From positions 1 through 21,858 of the forward strand of contig CAXHJY010000408.1 of the NCBI GenBank assembly GCA_964016885.1: a stretch of DNA of 21,858 bases, given 5' to 3'. Below are positions 12,799 to 21,858 of this stretch, in pieces. The position numbers were made by a program, and so were the translations under genes. This DNA is from Eledone cirrhosa. Lineage: Eukaryota. Position 1 is the first letter of the stretch. Each line of letters opens with the position of its first letter. Under the pieces are notes generated by a model, which did not search any database, was not told the DNA's origin, and saw only the letters and a list, made by a program, of their open reading frames with translations.

Positions 12799-13419
12799 GT
12801 ATATTTTCTTTCTTTACTGTTGTATTTTAGGGTACTAAGTGTGGTGAGGGAGATGGGAGATGAGGAGGTGAGGTCTTGTGATTTCTGTCGCCAAAAGACA
12901 TGTTTTGGCGATGACAATGATCTTCCATATTGTTGATGACAAAGATTGCAATGATATTAATGACTATCGTCATGACAACGATGATGATGTTGATGGTGAT
13001 GATGTTAATGGTGATGGAGATGGTGGTGGTGGTGGTGATTGTAGTGGTTATGGTGGTTGTGGTAGTGGTGGTGATTGTAGTGGTTATGGTGGTTGTGGTG
13101 ATTATGTTGGCGGTGATGGTAGTAGCGATAGTGGTGATAATGGTGGTGCTGGTGGTGCTGGTGGTGATGCTGGTGGTGGTGGTGATGATAATGGTAGTGG
13201 TGGTGGTGATGGTGGTGATGGTGGTGGTATAGAGTGCAGTGGCGATGGTGGTGGTGATGGTGGTGGTGGTGGTGATTGTCTATTTTTTTTCTGGGGTAAG
13301 GAGTCCTTTTTATTTTACTACATATTAAACCTAAAAACATAATAGTTTTTAAATAAATTTGAATGTGATTGTATTATATAAATATTGTAAGGTAGATTTG
13401 TCGTGAGAGATGACGTCAC

Positions 13420-16400
13420 ACCTGAAGAATTGTGGTATTACAGCTAACATGTACCTGAAGACTTGTGGTAGCATAGCTAACATGTACCTGAAGACTTGTG
13501 GTAGCATAGCTAACATGTACCTGAAGACTTGTGGTACCATAACTAACATATACCTGAATACTTGTGGTACCATAGCTAACATGTACCTGAAGACTTGTGG
13601 TAGGATAGCTAACATATACCTGAAGACTTGTGGTACCATAGCTAACATATACCTGAAGACTTGTGGTACCATAGCTAACATATACCTGAAGACTTGTGGT
13701 ACCATAGCTAACATGTACCTGAAGACTTGTGGTACCATAGCTAACATGTACCTGAAGACTTGTGGTAGGATAGCTAACATATACCTGAAGACTTGTGGTA
13801 GCATAGCTAACATGTACCTGAAGACTTGTGGTAGCATAGCTAACATATACCTGAAGACTTGTGGTATTACAGCTAACATGTACCTGAAGACTTGTGGTAG
13901 CATAGCTAACATATACCTGAAGAATTGTGGTATTACAGCTAATATGTACCTGAAGACTTGTGGTAGCATAGCTAACATGTACCTGAAGACTTGTGGTAGC
14001 ATAGCTAACATCTACCTGAAGACTTGTGGTACCATAGCTAACATGTACCTGAAGACTTGTGGTACCATAGCTAACATGTACCTGAAGACTTGTGGTACCA
14101 TAGCTAACATGTACCTGAAGACTTGTGGTAGCATAACTAACATGTACCTGAAGACTTGTGGTACCACAGCTAACATATACCTGAAGACTTGTGGTACCAT
14201 AGCTAACATGTACCTGAAGACTTGTGGTACCACAGCTAACATGTACCTGAAGACTTGTGGTACCATAGCTAACATGTACCTGAAGACTTGTGGTAGCATA
14301 GCTAACATGTACCTGAAGACTTGTGGTACCATAGCTAACATGTACCTGAAGACTTGTGGTAGCATAACTAACATGTACCTGAAGACTTGTGGTACCATAG
14401 CTAACATGTACCTGAAGACTTGTGCTACCATAGCTAACATGTACCTGAAGACTTGTGGTACCATAGCTAACATGTACCTGAAGACTTGTGGTAGGATAGC
14501 TAACATATACCTGAAGACTTGTGGTATTACAGCTAATATGTACCTGAAGACTTGTGGTAGGATAGCTAACATATACCTGAAGACTTGTGGTATTACAGCT
14601 AACATGTACCTGAAGACTTGTGGTATTACAGCTAATATGTACCTGAAGACTTGTGGTAGCATAGCTAACATATACCTGAAGACTTGTGGTATTACAGCTA
14701 ATATGTACCTGAAGACTTGTGGTACCATAGCTAACATGTACCTGAAGACTTGTGGTAGCATAGCTAACATATACCTGAAGAATTGTGGTATTACAGCTAA
14801 TATGTACCTGAAGACTTGTGGTAGCATAGCTAACATATACCTGAAGACTTGTGGTATTACAGCTAATATGTACCTGAAGACTTGTGGTAGCATAGCTAAC
14901 ATGTACCTGAAGACTTGTGGTACCATAGCTAACATATACCTGAAGAATTGTGGTATTACAGCTAATATGTACCTGAAGACTTGTGGTACCATAGCTAACA
15001 TGTACCTGAAGACTTGTGGTAGCATAGCTAACATATACCTGAAGACTTGTGGTACCATAGCTAACATGTACCTGAAGACTTGTGGTACCATAGCTAACAT
15101 GTACCTGAAGACTTGTGGTACCATAGCTAACATGTACCTGAAGACTTGTGGTAGGATAGCTAACATATACCTGAAGACTTGTGGTACCATAACTAACATA
15201 TACCTGAAGACTTGTGGTACCATTGCTAACATGTACCTGAAGTCTTGTGGTAGCATAGCTAACATGTACCTGAAGACTTGTGGTACCATAGCTAACATGT
15301 ACCTGAAGACTTGTGGTACCATTGCTAACATGTACCTGAAGACTTGTGGTAGGATAGCTAACATATACCTGAAGACTTGTGGTACCATAACTAACACATA
15401 CCTGAAGACTTGTGGTACCATAGCTAACATGTACCTGAAGACTTGTGGTAGGATAGCTAACATATACCTGAAGACTTGTGCTACCATAACTAACATATAC
15501 CTGAAGACTTGTGGTACCATAGCTAACATATACCTGAAGACTTGTGGTAGCATAGCTAACATATACCTGAAGACTTGTGGTACCATAGCTAACATGTACC
15601 TGAAGACTTGTGGTAGGATAGCTAACATATACCTGAAGACTTGTGGTAGCATAGCTAACATGTACCTGAAGACTTGTGGTACCATTGCTAACATGTACCT
15701 GAAGACTTGTGGTACCATAGTTAACATGTACCTGAAGACTTGTGGTAGGATAGCTAACATATACCTGTAGACTTGTGCTACCATAACTAACATATACCTG
15801 AAGACTTGTGGTACCATAGCTAACATGTACCTGAAGACTTGTGGTAGGATAGCTAACATATACCTGAAGACTTGTGGTAGCATAACTAACATATACCTGA
15901 AGACTTGTGGTACCATAGCTAACATGTACCTGAAGACTTGTGGTACCATAGCTAACATGTACCTGAAGACTTGTGGTACCATAGCTAACATATACCTGAA
16001 GACTTGTGGTAGCATAGTTAACATGTACCTGAAGACTTGTGGTATTACAGCTAACATGTACCTGAAGACTTGTGGTAGGATAGCTAACATGTACCTGAAG
16101 ACTTGTGGTACCATAGCTAACATATACCTGAAGACTTGTGGTAGCATAGCTAACATGTACCTGAAGACTTGTGGTATCATAGCTAACATGTACCTGAAGA
16201 CTTGTGGTAGCATAGCTAACATGTACCTGAAGACTTGTGGTAGCATAGCTAACATGTACCTGAAGACTTGTGGTACCATAGTTAACATGTACCTGAAGAC
16301 TTGTGGTAGCATAGCTAACATGTACCTGAAGACTTGTGGTATCATAGCTAACATGTACCTGAAGACTTGTGGTAGCATAGCTAACATGTACCTGAAGACT

Positions 16401-16740
16401 TGTGGTAGCATAGCTAACATGTACCTGAAGACTTGTAGTACCATAGTTAACATGTACCTGAAGACTTGTGGTATCATAGCTAACATGTACCTGAAGACTT
16501 GTGGTACCATAGCTAACATATACCTGAAGAATTGTGGTATCATAGCTAACATCTACCTGAAGACTTGTGGTACAATAACTAACATATACCTGAAGACTTG
16601 TGGTAGCATAGCTAACATATACCTGAAGAATTGTGATATTACAGCTAACATGTACCTGAAGACTTGTGGTAGGATAGCTAACATGTACCTGAAGACTTGT
16701 GGTAGCATAGCTAACATGTACCTGAAGAATTGTAGTATTA
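13420..16740. repeat. 33-bp tandem array, 100 full units plus a partial unit
   Basis: Consensus ACCTGAAGACTTGTGGTACCATAGCTAACATGT; first and last ACCTGAAG at 13420 and 16720, exactly 3300 bp apart. Confidence 0.98.
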
Positions 16741-17031
16741 TTACGTTTCTAACGTAAAAACATCTTTGAAAAACAACATTAGGATCAAAGATGCTCTCTG
16801 GTAAGGAGGTAAAAATTATCTCTAGTCACGTGGCAAAGATGTGCACACTCATAAATAAAAAAAATGTATGTTATCATAATCAAAATCATCATGATCATCA
16901 TCATCATCATCATTATCATCATAGTCACTATCATCATCATCATCATCATACCAGTTAGACTCGAAGACCGTATTCAGCTAAGTACTCGATACTTGGGAAA
17001 GTAAAGTGTGTGTAAGGTTAAAGGTTAGTGC

Positions 17032-17100
<69 letters not shown>

Positions 17101-17214
17101 TGTCTGTCTGTGTGTGAATGTATGTGTCTGTGTGTATGTGTAAGCGTGTAGGTACCGAGTTAATAAAGTACTCAATGCATTAGTAGAGAGTAAGAATCAT
17201 TATTTAATATGGAA

Positions 17215-17401
17215 GGCGGTGGATTGACAGTATCGGTAGAGGGTCGGACGCCATGATTTGAAGCATAGACTTACTTCCCTTTATGATCTGAGTTCAAATC
17301 CCGCCGAGGTTAACTTTGCCTTTCATCCTTACGGGGTCGATAAAATTCAGTACCAGTAATGGACTGGGATAATTGCTGGCCTTGTGCCAAACGTAGAAAC
17401 A
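17215..17401 (+). mobile_element. tRNA-derived SINE (third family) with 16-bp TSD
   Basis: B box GAGTTCAAATCC near 17290; TSD ATTATTTAATATGGAA at 17199-17214 and 17402-17417. Confidence 0.85.
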
Positions 17402-17520
17402 ATTATTTAATATGGAAATGGCTTTCTACAGGACTAGAACTGTTTCATTCATTGGGCATTCCTGGTGATTTCATATGAATGAAACGATTCTAGTCCTGTA
17501 GAACCCGTTTCTATAATAAT

Positions 17521-17631
17521 TGTTTCTACTTTTGGCACAATTATCAATTATATCAGTGTATTACTGGTACTTTATTTTATCGACCCCGTAAGGATGAAAG
17601 GCAAAGTTAACCTCGGCGGGATTGAACTCAG
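17521..17631 (-). mobile_element. 5'-truncated SINE (third family) with 16-bp TSD
   Basis: Reverse complement of 17288-17401; TSD CCGTTTCTATAATAAT at 17505-17520 and 17632-17647. Confidence 0.85.
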
Positions 17632-17647
17632 CCGTTTCTATAATAAT

Positions 17648-17714
<67 letters not shown>

Positions 17715-17792
17715 AAATAACATATTAAAGTTTAAGCAAAGAATCGCTGCTTTCACCCTTAACGGGATCGTCTGAAACATATTTATTATTAT

Positions 17793-17824
<32 letters not shown>

Positions 17825-17828
<4 letters not shown>

Positions 17829-18100
17829 TCTGCCTCCTTCACTGTATTTGTCATCAAAACTATGTCGTCGGCAAATTCAGCATCCGATATATTTTTCGCC
17901 TTAACTCTCCTACTCTGAGCCGGTGTTTCTCCAGTGCAAGGCGCATAAAATAGTCCACTACGATGATAAAAAGGTAGGGCCAATGTATCTCCCTGGAGCA
18001 CTCCAGCCAGTATCTGAAAGAACTCTGTCATCTCATCAGGTGTAATGACTTGGGCTTTGGCGTTGGTGTAGATCAGTGATATCACGTCCACTTATCTTCT
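17825..18100 (-). pseudogene. RTE-clade LINE reverse transcriptase fragment (inverted 5' segment)
   Basis: Translates to AGVLQGDTLA, then (frameshift) YLFIIVVDYFMR, then EFADDIVL..KEAED: non-LTR RT QGD and FADD motifs. Confidence 0.9.
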
Positions 18101-18815
18101 GAGGATTTGATGCGGGAGGTTGAGACTGTGTCGATGAGTGTGGGGCTGAGAATGAATAAGACTAAAACAAAATATCTGGTAGAGAATGTTGAGAAGCCAG
18201 AAGGGATCGCTAATGTAGGCGGGAAGCCGCTAGAATTGGTTGAGGACTTCCTGGATTTGGGAGCAAAGATTGGGAATACGGAAAATGATGTGGTTGAGAG
18301 GAAGAGCAAAGCCTGGGCGGCGTGCCACAGCTTGAGATCGGTGTGGAAGTCGGACCTTCGTAAAGTCCTGAAAATCAGCCTCTTCATTGCTGTAGTGGAG
18401 TCTGTGCTGCTGTACGGGTCTGAGACTTGGACACTGACCAAGAAACTCACTCAGATGGTGGATGGGTGCTACACGAGAATGTTGAGGATCGCTCTGAACA
18501 TTAATCAGTATACACTGAGGATGAAAAACTCAGAGCTGTATGGGAGCCTCCCAAAAGTCAGCTCAAAAGTGACACAGAGGAGACTGAGGTTAGCTGGACA
18601 TGCTCACCGACATCCAGAGTTAACATTTCACTCAGTGCTCCTGTGGGAGCCCCTATATGGAAACACTGGAAGAGGAAGACCAAAGTTAACGTATGTTGAT
18701 GCCCCAAGGACAGACACTGGTCTGTTGGAGACGCAGGACATGGCAGCGATAATGAGGGACAGAGACCGCTGGAGAGAACTCGTCCATTGATCTCGGGAAT
18801 TTTACCCTCTCTAGA
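18101..18815 (+). mobile_element. RTE-clade LINE 3' segment (RT C-terminus/thumb and C-terminal domain)
   Basis: ORF 18107-18790 contains GLRMNKTKTK, LLYGSETW, RRLRLAGH, GRGRP and DRDRWR, which are typical RTE motifs; ends in (TA)n. Confidence 0.92.
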
Positions 18816-18837
18816 ATATATATATATATATATATAT

Positions 18838-19028
18838 AACGAAGGAATTGTGGTAAGGAACCAGGTGGACCATAACGCACCAAAGTACTCAATACTTAGG
18901 GTAGTAGAGTGGTATTAGGAACAAGTATGACCCCGACGGCAGAGCTCAAGCCGTTTCTACGGCTATTTCTGGAGTCCAGAAATAGCCGTCGAAACGGCTT
19001 GAGCTCTGCCGTCCGGGTCATACTTGTT

Positions 19029-19032
<4 letters not shown>
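18838..19032. mobile_element. Fold-back insertion (family F) with hammerhead 3' half
   Basis: 58-bp arms 18916-18973 / 18975-19032 with 2 mismatches and a 1-nt loop; GAAAC-GGC-loop-GCC-GTC at 18991-19013; (TA)n on both sides. Confidence 0.75.
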
Positions 19033-19115
<83 letters not shown>

Positions 19116-19138
19116 AGAGAAAGAGAGAGAGAGAGAGC

Positions 19139-19187
<49 letters not shown>

Positions 19188-19218
19188 ACACGGGTGTGTA
19201 TGATTGTGTATCGAAGAT

Positions 19219-19604
19219 TATATTAATAAAAGGAATTCCAACTTTGTCTGATTTACTCATTTTATTTACAATCCTTTAAAATTTATAATGGTATTATAAT
19301 GATGATAGAATATTAAATGTTAAGTGTTAATTGAACAAGTGCTTTCATGTGCTTTCGCAATCTTCAGGTTCATAATGTGTGGTGACAGTCAAGTTTGCAA
19401 TTTTCAACAGTTGAAAATTGCAAACTTGACTGTCACCACATTATGAACCTGAAGATTGCGAAAGCACATGAAAGCACTTGTTCAATTAACACTTAACATT
19501 TAATATTCTACCATACTATTTCATTATAATACCATTATAAATTTTAAAGGATTGTAAATAAAATGAGTAAATCAGACAATGTTGGAATTCCTTTTATTAA
19601 TATA
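19219..19604. mobile_element. Near-perfect ~385-bp palindrome, fold-back insertion (family D)
   Basis: ~190-bp arms centred on 19409 (TTCAAC-A-GTTGAA) with two small indels and a few substitutions; right end runs into (TA)n. Confidence 0.85.
19444..19484 (+). ncRNA. Hammerhead ribozyme-like motif (family D); mirror copy on minus strand at 19332-19372
   Basis: TGAAC-CTGAAGA-T-TGC-GAAA-GCA-CAT-GAAA-GCAC-TT-GTTCA: 5-bp stem I, GNRA-capped but imperfect stem II, near-palindromic stem III AGCACT. Confidence 0.65.
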
Positions 19605-19659
19605 TATATATACATATATATACATATATATACATATAAGTCTAAAGTCTGTCTTAAAC

Positions 19660-19830
19660 CAGAAGGCTCATTTGGCCGGTGCTTATCCCGGCTTCATAGC
19701 GTGAAGCGACTCCCCCCTGGATAGGACACCAGTCCATTGCAGAGTTAAACCCCCTGCTACGGCTGGTGCTCATTTTCAGCTGAGTATACTTCTCAAGAAC
19801 ACAACACATCCCAGGAATGGAACACACCCA
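19660..19830 (-). mobile_element. SINE remnant (same family as 6305-6573)
   Basis: GCTTATCCCGG..AAGCGACT..CCCTGGA..AGTCCAT..CCCTGCTAC.GCTG..AAGAACACA aligns to 6317-6490. Confidence 0.75.
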
Positions 19831-19937
19831 TTATACATGTGATTAACTAAAATATGTGCACTCTGAACTACGGGTTGTAGTGGGCGAGGCGTTGCACGGA
19901 GGCCGTAAAGTTAATATCAACGATCTTTGTAAACATT

Positions 19938-20015
<78 letters not shown>

Positions 20016-20030
20016 ACACATATATATATA

Positions 20031-20097
20031 TATATTAAAAACACAAGAATCAAAGCTATGTTCAAAACATAGCTTTGATTCTTGTGAATTTAATATA
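20031..20097. repeat. Short fold-back at a (TA)n edge
   Basis: CACAAGAATCAAAGCTATGTT / AACATAGCTTTGATTCTTGTG, extended by TATATTAAA / TTTAATATA. Confidence 0.8.
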
Positions 20098-20375
20098 ACT
20101 GCTCTGTAAAACAACTGATGTTCTTGCATTGAGCTATTTATCTTACTGGTAATAAGGTAGTAATAAATTACTGACCTTCCCTGTTTATGGTTGTTTATAG
20201 TTTAAAATATAGATAACTATAAATAGTATCCTTAATATTATCATATATATATATATACATATGTACATATATATATATACACATATATATATACATATAT
20301 ATATTTATATATACATATATATTCATATATATATATACACACACTCATATATATATATATATATATATCTTCCTG

Positions 20376-20442
20376 TTTTATCTGATGAAAACACAAATAT
20401 TATTGCATGATGATATTTGTTTTTGAAATGCGCATAATAAAA
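20376..20442 (+). ncRNA. Minimal type I hammerhead ribozyme (family B, copy 2)
   Basis: Same architecture: TTTTAT-CTGATGA (20382)-stem II with GCAT loop-GAAA (20425)-TGCGCA-TA-ATAAAA. 20371-20476 is homologous to 7926-8033 and both run into (TA)n. Confidence 0.85.
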
Positions 20443-20492
20443 TACATGGAACTCTTTTAACCATCTTTTGTCTTATATATTATATATATATA

Positions 20493-20662
<170 letters not shown>

Positions 20663-20747
20663 TTATTATGTAATAAACAACATAAGGCAATTATTCCATT
20701 TACCAGTGGTTTCTTAAAAGATTACTTCATATATATATATATATATA

Positions 20748-20905
20748 TATAAGCTATAAATATAAGCTATAAATATAAGCTATGAGTATTGATGTACATC
20801 AATACTCATCTTTTTCCATTTCTCCGAGGGTTCTTAACCCCACTATCAAGCTAATTAATTTCTTTAATTTCTTTAGTCAAAATACAGCGATAGCTTATAT
20901 TTATA
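20748..20905. repeat. Composite fold-back: 13-bp tandem repeat plus 28-bp palindrome
   Basis: TATAAGCTATAAA x ~2.8, then perfect palindrome 20782-20809; 20768-20783 is the reverse complement of 20890-20905. Confidence 0.7.
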
Positions 20906-20955
20906 ATTTCAAACTCGCTCGCTGCTTCGAAAATATTCTTACTGGGGATATATAT

Positions 20956-21060
<105 letters not shown>

Positions 21061-21061
21061 A

Positions 21062-21134
<73 letters not shown>

Positions 21135-21448
21135 TTACATATATGTGTATATGTATATATACATATATGTGTATATGTATATATATATATATATATATAT
21201 GATTTTATCATTTATTTTGTTTGACCTGTTTAGCTTGACTTGTTTTTTGACTTAGGTGGTTGATGCCTTCTTGACCACTTTTTCAGTTTGTATGGCGTTT
21301 TAACATATATGTTTAGCTCTGGTTTTTTACTATGGAACGCTTGCCAGCATAACTCTGATTTTGCGTTCGTTTCGCTTTTTCTACCCGCTGAAATGCGATT
21401 CTCGCTGAATTTATATTTATACTCATATATATATATATATATATAAAA

Positions 21449-21858
21449 GACGTAAAATAAGAAATTATAGTAATTAACTTACTTACTTAAATTTCACTCC
21501 AACAAATTAGTTTCTGAAAGGGGATATACATAGTCTTCAATTGAGATCATGGAGAATCCTTTCTTCATCAGGGAGACATTCTCGGCTAAGATTCCTGGCA
21601 CTACACAGGGAACTTATACAAAAATAATTCAGTGGATGGAAAAAAGCAAGCGCGGACTAAATTCCAAGACATTGAAAATTTCACTGCCTTCCTGGTCAGC
21701 GGCAAATTCAAAAGAATCAATCACGTGACATCGAGGTTAATCCATGGTCTCCATTTGAAGACTATGTATATCCCCTTTCAGAAACTAATTAGTTGGAGTG
21801 AAATTTAAGTAAGTAAGTTAATTCCTATAATTTTTCTCCATCTCTTTGTATTGAACCA
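21449..21858. mobile_element. Fold-back insertion (family E, copy 2; runs off the window end)
   Basis: Inverted arms ~21462-21553 / 21741-21834. The left end abuts (TA)n at nearly the same element position (GACGTAAAATAAG) as the 8108 copy. Confidence 0.75.
21497..21575 (-). ncRNA. Type I hammerhead ribozyme (family E)
   Basis: Minus strand reads CTCC-CTGATGA-A-GAAAGG...CCTTTC-A-GAAAC-TAATTT-GTT-GGAG. Sister copies at 21781 and 8191 have the perfect palindrome AACTAATTAGTT. Confidence 0.75.

Noticed and set aside
12878-13342. Gly-rich, Val-rich and His-rich ORFs
   Set aside because: The (GGT/GAT)n tract is open in multiple frames and has no non-repetitive coding support.
13420-16740. CRISPR array or tandem hammerhead array (each unit contains CTGAAGA)
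   Set aside because: There are no unique spacers or cas genes and the context is eukaryotic. Units lack the GAAA...NUH half and a stem II.
17461-17500. Hammerhead-like CTGGTGA-TTTCATATGAAT-GAAAC...GTC
   Set aside because: The core is mutated, stem III is poor and no stem I pairing was found. It is at most a relic.
17730-17780. Minus-strand CAGACGA-T-CCC-GTTAA-GGG-T-GAAAGC
   Set aside because: Core mismatch and no convincing stem I or stem III.

Overview
Repeat-saturated eukaryotic (animal) DNA with no convincing host gene. The microsatellite load and SINE sequences suggest a cephalopod such as Octopus (inference). Most ORF-track entries are artefacts of (TA)n/(CA)n/(GGT)n and minisatellites. 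Recognisable content: three LINE remnants (CR1-group 3' end, L1/Tx1 zinc-finger fragment, and an RTE copy with a 5' inversion), several tRNA-derived SINEs, an 11-bp minisatellite and a 100 x 33-bp array. The most striking signal lies in the short unique islands between (TA)n tracts. Many are head-to-head fold-back insertions whose 3' ends point outward into the (TA)n, and at least six unrelated families carry complete or partial minimal type I hammerhead ribozyme motifs. This fits (TA)n-targeting Penelope-like or retrozyme-like elements integrating by priming from both target ends. All pairings and alignments were made by eye; no searches or folding programs were run.
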